31,830 nt of DNA from Candidatus Rokuibacteriota bacterium (lineage in GTDB: Bacteria > Methylomirabilota > Methylomirabilia > Rokubacteriales > DASRDR01): the NCBI GenBank assembly GCA_044866005.1, contig JBIOTN010000109.1, positions 1-31,830 of the forward strand, written 5' to 3'. This document shows positions 1 through 9,510 of this stretch, piece after piece. Numbering within the stretch: the first letter of the stretch is position 1; every line of letters starts with the position of its first letter. Made by a program: the position numbers and the translations under genes. Under the pieces are notes generated by a model that searched no databases, had not been told where the DNA came from, and was given only the letters and a program-made list of their open reading frames with translations.

Positions 1-20
1 CCCCCCCCCCCCCCGAGAAC

Positions 21-1718
21 TTAAAGGGGCGAGGTGCCGGCGCCATAGCGCGCCCAGCTCCACTCGAGGACGTCGCGCTCCTCGTCGCGTCGCGGGTCGA
101 GGTGGAACCAGTAGTACCCGTACGGCCCGAGGCTCAGGACGTACGGATGGTCCTGGATCGTGGGAAAGCGCGCGTCGCCCAGCACTTCGACGGGCACCTG
201 GCCGGCGAACCGCCGGAGGTCGAGCTCGACCGGCTGGGCCGACGCCGCGAGGTTGTGCACGAACAGGAGCCGCTCGCCCTGGTACTCGCGGACGTAGGCG
301 AGCACCCGGTGGTTGCGGGGCCGGAGGAACTCGATGCTGCCCCGCCCCATGGCCCGGTAGCGCTTGCGGACCGCGATCAGCCGCCGCATCGCGTTGAGCA
401 GCGAGGTGGGGGTGCGGAGCTGGGCCTCGACGTTCACGGCCTGATAGCCGTACACGGGATCCCGGATGACGGGGCTGTAGAGGCGCGAGGGGTCCGCCCG
501 CGAGAAGCCCGCGTTCTCGTCCCCCGACCACTGCATCGGCGTCCGGACGCCGTTGCGGTCACCGAGGTAGATGTTGTCCCCCATCCCGATCTCGTCGCCG
601 TAGTAGAGGACGGGACTGCCCGGCATGGTGAAGAGCATGCTGGTCAGCAGCTCGATCTTCCGGCGATCGTTGTCCAGGAGCGGCGAGAGCCGGCGCCGGA
701 TCCCCAGGTTGAGCTTGGCCTGCCGGTCCGGGGCGTAGGCGTAATACATGTACTCGCGCTCCTCCTCCGTGACCATCTCCAGCGTCAGCTCGTCGTGGTT
801 CCGGAGGAAGAAGCACCACTGGCAGCCCTCGGGCACGGCCGGGGTGTGGGTGAAGATATCCGTGATGGGGCGGCGGTCCTCGCTCTTCACCGCCATGAAC
901 ATCCGCGGCATGAGCGGGAAGTGGAAGGCCATGTGGAACTGGTCGCCGTCCCCGAAATAGGCGCGCACGTCCTGCGGCCACTGGTTCGCCTCGGCGAGCA
1001 GGATGCGCCCGGGATAGGTCTCGTCCAGGCGGCGGCGGAGCGCCCGGAGATAGGCGTGCGTCTCGGGGAGGTTCTCGCAGCTCGTGCCCTCCCGTTCGTA
1101 CAGGTAGGGCACGGCATCGCAGCGGAAGCCGTCCAGACCTTTCTCCAGCCAGAAGGCCATGACGTCGAACAAGGCGGCCGGGACGGCGGGGTTGTCGTAG
1201 TTGAGGTCCGGCTGGTGGCTGAAGAACCGGTGCCAGTAGTACTGCTTGGCCAGCGGGTCCCAGGTCCAGTTGGAGCGCTCCGTGTCGACGAAGATGATCC
1301 GGGCGTCGCCGTACCGCTCGGGATCGTCGCTCCACACGTAGTAGTCGCGGAAGGGCGAGTCTTTCGACTTGCGGGCTTCCTGGAACCAGGGATGCTGGTC
1401 GGAGGTGTGGTTCATCACCAGGTCCGCGATCACGCGGAGGCCGCGCCGGTGGGCCTCGTCGAGGAAGTCCTTGAAGTCGCCGATCGTCCCGTAGTCGGGA
1501 TGGACCGAGAAGAAGTCGGCGATGTCGTACCCGTCGTCCCGCAACGGCGAGGGATACATCGGCAGGATCCAGAGGCAGTCCACGCCGAGCGTCGACAGGT
1601 AGTCGAGCTTCTGCGTGAGGCCGCGGAAGTCCCCCAGCCCGTCCGCGTTCGAGTCGAAGAACGCCTTGACGTGAACCTCGTAGAACACCGCGTCCTGGTA
1701 CCAGAGCTCCTCGCCCAT
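21..1718 (-). CDS. treS: Trehalose synthase / maltose alpha-D-glucosyltransferase (GH13), no C-terminal maltokinase fusion
   Basis: Motifs [95 protein letters not shown] at 1718 lies 7 nt after the glgE stop; 565 aa. Confidence 0.95.
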   Translation of the reverse strand: MGEELWYQDAVFYEVHVKAFFDSNADGLGDFRGLTQKLDYLSTLGVDCLWILPMYPSPLRDDGYDIADFFSVHPDYGTIGDFKDFLDEAHRRGLRVIADLVMNHTSDQHPWFQEARKSKDSPFRDYYVWSDDPERYGDARIIFVDTERSNWTWDPLAKQYYWHRFFSHQPDLNYDNPAVPAALFDVMAFWLEKGLDGFRCDAVPYLYEREGTSCENLPETHAYLRALRRRLDETYPGRILLAEANQWPQDVRAYFGDGDQFHMAFHFPLMPRMFMAVKSEDRRPITDIFTHTPAVPEGCQWCFFLRNHDELTLEMVTEEEREYMYYAYAPDRQAKLNLGIRRRLSPLLDNDRRKIELLTSMLFTMPGSPVLYYGDEIGMGDNIYLGDRNGVRTPMQWSGDENAGFSRADPSRLYSPVIRDPVYGYQAVNVEAQLRTPTSLLNAMRRLIAVRKRYRAMGRGSIEFLRPRNHRVLAYVREYQGERLLFVHNLAASAQPVELDLRRFAGQVPVEVLGDARFPTIQDHPYVLSLGPYGYYWFHLDPRRDEERDVLEWSWARYGAGTSPL

Positions 1719-1725
1719 CGCCCCG

Positions 1726-3666
1726 TCAGCGCCGGATCGAAAAGATGAAGGCGGGCTCGTCCTGCGGATCGAGGCGGAGGCGGTAATGGAGTCCCCGCCA
1801 CTCCTGCGCGACGTCACGCACCAGGTCCACGATGCGATACGGCTCCTCGAGTCCGATCCCGATCCGCTCGAGCGGAATCCGGAGCCGGCACTCCCGCGGC
1901 GTTGCCGGGTCGAGCGTCACGGCCACCAGGACGACATCATCCCGCGACGAGTTCATCTTACCGTAGAACAGGACCGCGTCGTCGTCGGCCTCGTGGAAGT
2001 CGAGGTTGGTGTACTGGCGGAGGGCGGGATGCGCGCGCCGGATCGCGTTCAGGCGCGCGATGTAGGCCTTGATGTTGCCCGGCGCGTCCCAGTCCCGGAC
2101 CTTGATCTCGTACTTCTCGGAGTTCAGGTATTCCTCGGTGCCGGGCACGGCGGCGTTCTCGCAGAGCTCGAACCCGCTGTAGATGCCGTAGAGCGAGGAG
2201 AGCGTGGCGGCGAGCGTCACGCGGATCTTGAAGGCGGGACGGCCGCCCTGCTGGAGGAAGGGCGAAAGGATGTCCGGGGTGTTGGTGAAGAGGTGACCCC
2301 GCATGTACTCGCGCGCGTCGCTCCGGGTGAGCTCGGTGAGGTACTCCGCCAGCTCGACCTTCGTCGTCCGCCAGGTGAAGTAGGTGTAGGACTGCGTGAA
2401 GCCCACCTTGGCCAGCGCCCGCATCATCTTGGGGCGCGTGAAGGCCTCCGAGAGGAACACCACGTCCGGCCGCTCGGCCTGGACGGAGTCGATGAGCCAG
2501 CGCCAGAACGCCAGCGGTTTGGTGTGGGGATTGTCCACCCGGAACATCCGCACGCCCTGGCCAACCCAGAACTCGACGACGCTCAGCATCTCCCGCCACA
2601 GCCCCTCCCAGTCCTCGGTGCCGAAGTTGAGCGGGTAGATGTCCTCGTATTTCTTGGGCGGGTTCTCCGCGTAGCGGATCGATCCGTCGGGCCGGTGGTA
2701 GAACCACTCGGGGTGCTCGCGCACCCACGGGTGGTCGGGCGAGCACTGGAGCGCGCAGTCCAGCGCGACCTCCAGGCCGCGGGCCCGGGCGGCCTCCACG
2801 AACCGCCGAAAGGCGGGGAGCCCGCCGAGGTCCGGGTCCACCGCCTTGTGGCCGCCGGCCTCGTTTCCGATCGCCCAGGGGCTGCCCGGGGCGTCGGGAC
2901 CCGCCGCGAGCGCGTTGTTGCGCCCTTTCCGCTTCGTCCGGCCGATGGGGTGGATGGGCGGCAGGTAGACGACGTCGAAGCCCATGGCCCGGATGTCGTC
3001 GAGTCGGGCGATGCAGTCGTCGAACGTGCTGCCCCGGCCGGGAACGCGACCTTGCGAGCGCGGAAACATCTCGTACCACGCGGCGAAGCGCGCGGCCTCG
3101 CGGTCCGCCACCACCTCGAGCTCGCGGTCGTAGCGGGTGAGGTCGGCCCGCTCCGCCCATCGTGTCACGAGCCCGGCCAGGGGCTCGCCGAGGGCCAGAC
3201 GGACAGGCTCCTCCTGGGGCTCGGCGCCGGCCAGCCGGGCCGCCGCCGCCTCGAGGGCCCGGCGATCCGGCCCGGCGGCGCGCGCCGCCGCGCGGCGAAC
3301 GAGCGCGGCCCCTTCCAGGAGCTCGCTCCCCACGTCCTGTCCGGCCTCCACGCGCTTCCTGAGATCCTGGACCCACGAGGCGAAGGTGTCCGTCCAGGCC
3401 TCGATGGTGTAGACGTAGCGCGCGTTCTCCGTGAGTCGGAAGGCGCCGGTCCAGCGGTCGTTGTCGAAGTGGCGCATGGGGACTTCCTGCCACGCCCCTT
3501 CGGCCTTCCTCCGGTACTTGACGACGGCCGCGAGGAGGTCGTGGCCCTCCTTGAGGATGTCGGCCCACACCGCGAGCGTGTCCCCGACCTCACGCTTCAC
3601 CGGGTACCGACCGTCGTCGAGCTCGGGGTAGACCCCCTCGATCAGTATCCTGCCGACCTCCTTCAC
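1726..3666 (-). CDS. glgE: Alpha-1,4-glucan:maltose-1-phosphate maltosyltransferase
   Basis: Motifs [84 protein letters not shown] start with GAGGTG Shine-Dalgarno 5 nt upstream. Confidence 0.95.
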   Translation of the reverse strand: MKEVGRILIEGVYPELDDGRYPVKREVGDTLAVWADILKEGHDLLAAVVKYRRKAEGAWQEVPMRHFDNDRWTGAFRLTENARYVYTIEAWTDTFASWVQDLRKRVEAGQDVGSELLEGAALVRRAAARAAGPDRRALEAAAARLAGAEPQEEPVRLALGEPLAGLVTRWAERADLTRYDRELEVVADREAARFAAWYEMFPRSQGRVPGRGSTFDDCIARLDDIRAMGFDVVYLPPIHPIGRTKRKGRNNALAAGPDAPGSPWAIGNEAGGHKAVDPDLGGLPAFRRFVEAARARGLEVALDCALQCSPDHPWVREHPEWFYHRPDGSIRYAENPPKKYEDIYPLNFGTEDWEGLWREMLSVVEFWVGQGVRMFRVDNPHTKPLAFWRWLIDSVQAERPDVVFLSEAFTRPKMMRALAKVGFTQSYTYFTWRTTKVELAEYLTELTRSDAREYMRGHLFTNTPDILSPFLQQGGRPAFKIRVTLAATLSSLYGIYSGFELCENAAVPGTEEYLNSEKYEIKVRDWDAPGNIKAYIARLNAIRRAHPALRQYTNLDFHEADDDAVLFYGKMNSSRDDVVLVAVTLDPATPRECRLRIPLERIGIGLEEPYRIVDLVRDVAQEWRGLHYRLRLDPQDEPAFIFSIRR

Positions 3667-3726
3667 CGCATCACCTCACAACCGGTCCTGGGGGGAGGCA
3701 GGCCCGATCCGTTCGGCCCCAGAGGC

Positions 3727-3840
3727 CGGGACGGCCGCGAGGTCGAAGGCCGAGCGCGTCCCGACCGAGACGAAGATCGACGGCCGAAGCGCCGGACCTC
3801 GTCCGGAGGGCCGTCGGAGGGGGGCCGCGCCCCCCTCCGA
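3727..3840. repeat. Intergenic multi-hairpin (REP-like) element
   Basis: Perfect 12-bp stem TCGGAGGGGGGC-cgc-GCCCCCCTCCGA (3814-3840); nested CGACGGCC/GGCCGTCG (3778-3816) enclosing CCGGAC-ctc-GTCCGG; CGGGACG/CGTCCCG (3727-3763). No U-tract. Confidence 0.55.
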
Positions 3841-3868
3841 ATGAATGGCGACGGGGATCGGCCCGGCA

Positions 3869-5122
3869 TCAGCGCCAGCGGTCCACGAAGTCGGCCCGCC
3901 GCTCCTCGAACGCCCGGACCTGCCGCTGGACCACCCGCTCCTGCGCCGCCCCCCGCGGCTCCCCGGCCACCTCCCGGACCCAGGCCGCCACGCGCCCGAG
4001 GTAGAGCGGCGCCAGGCTCTGGAGCAGGTGCTGCCGGTGGAGGACGCGGAACCGATAGGCGAGCAGGAAGTCGTACACCACGCGCGCCCAGAGGTCGGCC
4101 GAGAAGACGAACTCCTCGGGCCCGAGGTCCCCGAGCGGATAGAGGTCCGCGAGCGTCTCGGTGCTCAGCGCCTGCTCCCAGATCGGCACGAGGTCGCGCA
4201 ACCCTTGCCGGAAGACGGCGACCATGCGCGCCGGATTCGCGGAAGGAGCGGCGGCGCGCCCGGCAGCCGGCTCTCCGAGACGCCGCGGCGCCGGGGCGGG
4301 CGCCGGCTCCCGCCAGTGCTCCTCGTAGAGCTCGGCCAGAGCAAACGCCGCACCGACCACCTGGGTCATGAGCTCCGCCAGGTCGAGCCGCGTCTCGTGC
4401 GGCTCCTCCTCGCGCGGGCCCAGACCCACCTCGCCCAGCCGGAGACCCACGGCCGCCGCCGTGGTCGTGAGCAGGAGCGAGAGCGAGCGCGTGGCGGGCG
4501 TGCCGGCGGGCGAGTCGCAGAGCCGCGTGACCAGCGCCGCCGAGAGCGCCGCCTCGGCCGTCATCACGTGCCGCACGGCGCGGCCGTAGAGCGCGCGCGT
4601 CACCGGGTAGAGCAGACAGCTCGTCAAGGTGCCGTCCAGCACGTGCCGCGGGAAGACGGGCGCCACGAAATCGAGCGACCCGTCCCAGACGGGTCGGAGC
4701 AGCCGGTCCACCCACTCCTCGGGCAGCGCGCGGAGATCCGCTCCCACCAGGAGGACGGCCCGTGCCCCGGCAGTCCGGGCGACGAGGCAGAGCGTCCGGA
4801 ACGCGGCGGCCGCCCCCGGGACGCCGTGCGGCGGGGGCGCGGCCCGCTCGGCGGCCGAGACGGGGTGAGCGAGGGCGACCAGGGGCAGATCCGAGGCCGC
4901 TCCCTCGGCCGCCTCGCGCGTGCCGTCCGTCGAGCCGGCGTCCGAGTGCAGGATGAGCGCCCGGGCCTCGGGGAAGCGGCCGCGCACCGCCTTGTCGACG
5001 GCTCGGATCACGCCCGCGATGGTCCGCGCGTGCTGGTAGGAGAGCACGGCCACGACCAGGTCGGCCGCGCCGACCTCGGCGAGCCGGGCGGCGGCGGCCT
5101 CGGGAAGGCGAGGCGCATCCAT
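3869..5122 (-). CDS. GT-A fold (GT2/GT81-like) glucosylglycerate/glucosyl-phosphoglycerate synthase-like protein, apparently degenerate active site
   Basis: ADLVVAVLSYQHARTI, HSDAGSTDGT, GADLRALPEEW, RHVLDGTLT, LYPVTRALYG, WARVVYDF, LAPLYLGRVAAWV match the family layout; the DxD position reads GAD. Confidence 0.7.
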   Translation of the reverse strand: MDAPRLPEAAAARLAEVGAADLVVAVLSYQHARTIAGVIRAVDKAVRGRFPEARALILHSDAGSTDGTREAAEGAASDLPLVALAHPVSAAERAAPPPHGVPGAAAAFRTLCLVARTAGARAVLLVGADLRALPEEWVDRLLRPVWDGSLDFVAPVFPRHVLDGTLTSCLLYPVTRALYGRAVRHVMTAEAALSAALVTRLCDSPAGTPATRSLSLLLTTTAAAVGLRLGEVGLGPREEEPHETRLDLAELMTQVVGAAFALAELYEEHWREPAPAPAPRRLGEPAAGRAAAPSANPARMVAVFRQGLRDLVPIWEQALSTETLADLYPLGDLGPEEFVFSADLWARVVYDFLLAYRFRVLHRQHLLQSLAPLYLGRVAAWVREVAGEPRGAAQERVVQRQVRAFEERRADFVDRWR

Positions 5123-5149
5123 CGCGAGCCCGGCCGGCGCGCGCGCCCG

Positions 5150-6352
5150 TCACCCCACGAGGCGGGTGAGCAGGGTGAGGTAGTCGGCGAGATGGCGCGT
5201 GACGAGGAAATTCCGCCGGACGTGCTCACGCCCCGCGCCGCCGAGCCGGCTGATCGCTTCCGGATTGTTGAGCAGATAGCGCAGCCAGAAGGCGGCGCCC
5301 TCGGCCGAGTGGACCACGTACCCCGTCACGTCGTGGATGATCTGCGCGGTGATCCCGCCGGCCGCCCCGCCGATCACCGGCTTGCCCTTCCACATCGCCT
5401 CGGCCACCGTGAGCCCGAATCCTTCGCGCAGGGACTTCTGGAGCACGATCGTGGCGGCACGCTGGAGGGCGTTGATCTCGAGGTGCGCATCCGGTGGCAG
5501 CTCGAGGACGTGGACATCGGCGTCGCGCGCCGTGGCCTCGCGCACCTCCGCCAGCACCGCGGCGCCCTCGGGATCGTCGGCCGCGCCGCTGCCCGCCAGG
5601 ACCAGCCGGCAGTCGTTGTGGCGGCGGACCAGCCGGAACGCGTTCACGACGCCGAGGGGGTCCTTGAAGCGGTCGAAGCGCGAGACCTGGAGCAGGATCG
5701 GCTTGTCCCGCGGGATGCCGAGGCGCTCGAGGGTGGCGTCCACCTCGAGCCGCGTCAGGCGACGGTTCTTGTCGGCGAGCGGATCGATGGACGGGTAGAC
5801 GAGGTACTGGGGGATGGGGAGCTGCGTCGAGAACCGGGGGAGCGAGAACACCGCCGCGTCGTAGCGCACGACGTAGCGCCGGAGGAAGGTCCACACGCGG
5901 CGCTGCGCGCCGGATACGTCGATGTGGCAGCGCCAGACCCAGCGACCGGCCGGGGGCCGATGCTCGATGAGCGCCGCGGGCTGGGGGTCGTGGACCAGCA
6001 CCAGGTCCGCCTCGAGGGGGAGCCGGCGCGCGTTGTCACGGTTCACGGTCCGGTACGCCTCGAGCATCTCCTCGGTGAGGACCTGCTCGGTCCCCTGGAG
6101 CGCGCTGTGGAGGGTCCGGGTCGCCGCGTAGAAGAGCGGGTTCCCGGTGATGACCTCCCAGGAGGCCTCCACGCCGAGGTCGACGAGGATGGGCACCATC
6201 CGGTGGAGGATCTCCGCGACGCCCCCCCCGTACCGCGTCGAGTTGACGTGGAGGAAGCGGCGGCCCTTGACGCGCTCCGCCACGCGCGCGATGAAGTCCA
6301 CCGTCCCCTTCGGGGCGATCTCGCGGTAGTCGGCGAGCGAGGTCCCGGTCAC
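5150..6352 (-). CDS. treT: TreT-type trehalose glycosyltransferring synthase (GT4)
   Basis: Motifs HVNSTRYGGGVAEIL, VHDPQPAALI, WRCHID, QVSRFDRFKDPLGV, EINALQRAA, QKSLREGFGLTVAEAMWKGKPVIG. GTG at 6352 chosen as start (uncertain). Confidence 0.85.
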   Translation of the reverse strand: MTGTSLADYREIAPKGTVDFIARVAERVKGRRFLHVNSTRYGGGVAEILHRMVPILVDLGVEASWEVITGNPLFYAATRTLHSALQGTEQVLTEEMLEAYRTVNRDNARRLPLEADLVLVHDPQPAALIEHRPPAGRWVWRCHIDVSGAQRRVWTFLRRYVVRYDAAVFSLPRFSTQLPIPQYLVYPSIDPLADKNRRLTRLEVDATLERLGIPRDKPILLQVSRFDRFKDPLGVVNAFRLVRRHNDCRLVLAGSGAADDPEGAAVLAEVREATARDADVHVLELPPDAHLEINALQRAATIVLQKSLREGFGLTVAEAMWKGKPVIGGAAGGITAQIIHDVTGYVVHSAEGAAFWLRYLLNNPEAISRLGGAGREHVRRNFLVTRHLADYLTLLTRLVG

Positions 6353-6419
6353 CGCGTCACCGTCGCGAACGCACGCCACCCGGCGCGGCCTTGGAACCGG
6401 GCATCGGGCCGGGGCTCAC

Positions 6420-7073
6420 TCACCGCGATGCCTCGTCGAGCGCTTCATCCACCAGGGTCAGCAGCCGGGACCGGACCCGTTCGAGACTCCCCACGTAGGG
6501 GTTGACGCGCCGGACGCGGTCGGCGAGCTCGGTCAGGCCGAGCTCGCGGCGGAGCCACTGGGAGAAGTCGTTCTCCTGCCGGCCCTGCCGGACGCGCGCC
6601 TCGAAGACGTGGAAGTAGATGGCGCTCGCGTCCACCTGGGCGAGCGCGTCGCGGAACTCGGTCAGCGTCTCGGCGGAGAGCCCGGCCGTGACCTCGACCA
6701 CGTGACTCTGAAGGAAGTCGAACGGCTGACCGCCCGCGATCCGGGGCACGGTCCGGTGCCGCGAGAGGTGATGGTCGACTACCGAGACCAGCTCCTCACG
6801 CAGCCCCTCCAGGTCGGCGAACTCGAACGGGTCGACCATGGCGAGCTTCTCGCCGAGGACCGGATCGCGCACTTCGCCGGCGACCCACGTGGCGAAGTCG
6901 TTCGTGTACGCGCTCGCGAACACCCGGTGGCGGAGGAAGAAGCCGTGGGTGTGGTAGTAGACCGACCCCGCGGGCACCTGGGCCAGGAGGTCGGCCAGCT
7001 CCTTCTCGTCCTCGGCCCGCTGACCGAGGATTTCCCGGAGCTCCACGCAGCCGACGAACACGAACGCGCTCAC
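6420..7073 (-). CDS. DUF5752-family protein with two internal repeats
   Basis: Repeats LAQVPAGSVYYH...NDFATW and LAQVDASAIYFH...NDFSQW; directly upstream of treT; GTG start 4 nt after the DUF3536 stop. Confidence 0.8.
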   Translation of the reverse strand: MSAFVFVGCVELREILGQRAEDEKELADLLAQVPAGSVYYHTHGFFLRHRVFASAYTNDFATWVAGEVRDPVLGEKLAMVDPFEFADLEGLREELVSVVDHHLSRHRTVPRIAGGQPFDFLQSHVVEVTAGLSAETLTEFRDALAQVDASAIYFHVFEARVRQGRQENDFSQWLRRELGLTELADRVRRVNPYVGSLERVRSRLLTLVDEALDEASR

Positions 7074-7077
7074 GGGG

Positions 7078-9489
7078 CTACGCGGCGGGGTCGAGGCCGA
7101 AGCCGAGCGCGGCGGCGAGCGGCGCCAGGACGGCGCGGTGTGCCGGCGTCTCCGTCCGCCAGAGCTCGAAGAGCCGGTTCTGCGCGGTCCACAGGTCGGG
7201 CACGCAGCCGAGCCGCTGCCCGAGCTGGAGGACGGCGAGCGCGCTCAGGACCCGTTCCGGCGTCACGCCGTCGCGGAGGCGAGCCATCCGGGCCAGCAGC
7301 GCCTGCTCGAGCGGCTCGGCCGCGGTCTCCCGCTCCAGCGCGAAATCGAGCCCCAGCGAGCGCGCCTCGGCCAGGACTTCACCGATGCGCTCGGGGACGC
7401 CATCGGACTCCGCGAGCCCGAAGATCTCGCGCTCCACGTCCCGGCGAAGCACGTATCGCGCGGCCAGCGCCAGGGCTTCCGGCGGCCGGGCGTCGGCCTC
7501 CCGGAGGTACTGCATGAGCCGCCGGTTCTCGTCGTAGAGCCGGCGGTAGGTCTCCTCGAACCGCTGCAGCACCCCTTCGGTGACGGACGCCAGGATCTTC
7601 CGCCGCTCTTCCAGGAAGAGGTCGCGGATGCCGTAGGCCCTCCCCTCGAAATGGCGGTCGAGGGCACGGACGACCTCCGAGAGGCTGTGGCCGGCGAAGT
7701 GTCCGAAGAGCTCCTCCCGCACCGGGGCGAAGCCGTGAGCGTCGAGGCGGCCGCGCATCGCGCAGTGGAAGTCGTGGCCGCCGAAGTGGAGCACCGCCAC
7801 GGCCGCCTCATCGGTCTCCCCCGTGACGTCGGACACGACGCGCACGCGGCCGACCGCCAGCGAGGTCTCGCCGTACGCCTCCCGCTCCCATTCCAGGCGC
7901 GAGACCCGGAAGACGTAGACGGGGGTCTCGTCCCCGTACGCCTCGTACGGCGCGGCGATGGCGTAGTGGGCGATGACGCGCCGGAGGTCCACGACGGCGG
8001 GCAGCACGTGGCGCCGGTAGACCTGGTCGCCCGCCCCCAGCTCGGGCAGGTTCGAGGGCGCCGCCGCCAGGCGCCGGACGAAGCTTTCCTCCAGGTCCGG
8101 ACCCGCGCCGAAGTCGCGCGCGAGCTGGATGGCCCGCGCCGCGTACTTCAGCACCTGGACCGTCTCGATCCCGGAGATCTCGTCGAAGAACCAGCCGCAC
8201 GAGGTGTACATGAGCAGCCGCTGGCGCTGGAGCTCGAGGAGCTTCAGCACCTCCACCTGCTCGAAGGCCGAGAGCGGGCGCAGCTGATGTCGCGCGAGGA
8301 AGCCGGCCACGCTCGCCGGCGAGCGGTCGAGCAGGATCTGGACGTAGTCGTCGCGGCCGTCCCAGGGGTCCTTGAGGAACGCCGCCGCCCGGGCCTCGTA
8401 GACCGGATCGATCTGGTCCCGCAGCCAGTCGAGCGCCTCGCGGAGCGGCCCCCGCCAGCGCTGGTGCCACCCGGGGCGTCCGGAGTTGCAGCCGCAGTCC
8501 GACCGCCAGCGCTCGACCCCATGCGCGCAGCTCCAGGAGGAGGCCTCGACGATCTCCACGGCATCCTGCGGGGGGCGCGCCGCGAGGAACGCGCCGTAGT
8601 TCGTGAGCGTGCCGGGGCGCTCCCGCTCGATCCGGTGGCAGGCGGCGGTGAGCGCCATCTCGCCGAACGGGTGGTGGTGACCGTAGGACTCCCCGTCGGT
8701 CGCGACGTGGACCAGCTGCGCGCCCGGTCGGCGGTCGTCGAACGCCGCCAGCAGGCGGTCCGCGAAGGCGTCGCCCGAGCCGAGGAGGCCCTCGAAGGCG
8801 ACGGCGTGGGAGATCGGGCCGTCGTAAAAGAAGAGCGCCAGCCCACGGCCGGTCTCGGCCGAACCCCAGCGATAGGCGCGGCTCGGATCGATGCCCTCCT
8901 TGAGCTCCTCCCACTCGCCGTCCGGGAGGGCGCGGGTCCGGGCCGCCTGCTTGGGCCCGAGGATCGTGAAGCAGACCCCGTGATCGGCCAGCACCTCGAG
9001 TGTCTCGGTGTCCACGGCCGTCTCCGGTAGCCACATGCCCTCCGGTTCCCGTCCGAACCGGTGCCGGAAGTCCGCCAGCCCCCAGCGCACCTGCGTGATC
9101 TTGTCGCGCCGCGAGCAGAGGGGCAGGATGGCGTGGTTGTACGGCTGGGCGATCGCGTTGCCGTGCCCGCCGCGCGCCGTCACGCTCGTGCGGTCTGCCT
9201 CGAGGATCCGGGCGTAGACGTCCGGACGCTCCGCCGCCAGCCACTGGGCGAGCGTGGGGCCGACGTTGAAGGAGATCCACTCGAAGTTGTTCACGATGTC
9301 GATGATGCGGTTCTGAGCGTTCACCCGCCGCGAGGCCGTGTTCGGGGCATAGCACTCGGCGGTCACCCGGGCGTTCCAGTCGTGGAAGGGGTAGGCCGAG
9401 TCCTGGATCTCCACGGCCTCGAGCCAGGGGTTCTCGCGCGGCGGCTGGTAGAAGTGCCCGTGGATGGCGACGTGCCGAGCGCTCGTCAT
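7078..9489 (-). CDS. GH57-like glycoside hydrolase with DUF3536 domain
   Basis: Motifs IHGHFYQPPRENPW, SFNVGPTL, NHAILPL, GMWLPETAVD (nucleophile Glu), ATDGESYGHH (acid/base Asp), SWSCAHGVERWRSDCGC, MYTSCGWFFDEISGIET. Confidence 0.88.
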   Translation of the reverse strand: MTSARHVAIHGHFYQPPRENPWLEAVEIQDSAYPFHDWNARVTAECYAPNTASRRVNAQNRIIDIVNNFEWISFNVGPTLAQWLAAERPDVYARILEADRTSVTARGGHGNAIAQPYNHAILPLCSRRDKITQVRWGLADFRHRFGREPEGMWLPETAVDTETLEVLADHGVCFTILGPKQAARTRALPDGEWEELKEGIDPSRAYRWGSAETGRGLALFFYDGPISHAVAFEGLLGSGDAFADRLLAAFDDRRPGAQLVHVATDGESYGHHHPFGEMALTAACHRIERERPGTLTNYGAFLAARPPQDAVEIVEASSWSCAHGVERWRSDCGCNSGRPGWHQRWRGPLREALDWLRDQIDPVYEARAAAFLKDPWDGRDDYVQILLDRSPASVAGFLARHQLRPLSAFEQVEVLKLLELQRQRLLMYTSCGWFFDEISGIETVQVLKYAARAIQLARDFGAGPDLEESFVRRLAAAPSNLPELGAGDQVYRRHVLPAVVDLRRVIAHYAIAAPYEAYGDETPVYVFRVSRLEWEREAYGETSLAVGRVRVVSDVTGETDEAAVAVLHFGGHDFHCAMRGRLDAHGFAPVREELFGHFAGHSLSEVVRALDRHFEGRAYGIRDLFLEERRKILASVTEGVLQRFEETYRRLYDENRRLMQYLREADARPPEALALAARYVLRRDVEREIFGLAESDGVPERIGEVLAEARSLGLDFALERETAAEPLEQALLARMARLRDGVTPERVLSALAVLQLGQRLGCVPDLWTAQNRLFELWRTETPAHRAVLAPLAAALGFGLDPAA

Positions 9490-9510
9490 CTCACGGAGCC
9501 GTTCCGACGC

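Noticed and set aside
3814..3840. Rho-independent terminator
   Set aside because: The stem is strong but has no U-tract on either strand; kept as a repeat-like element instead.
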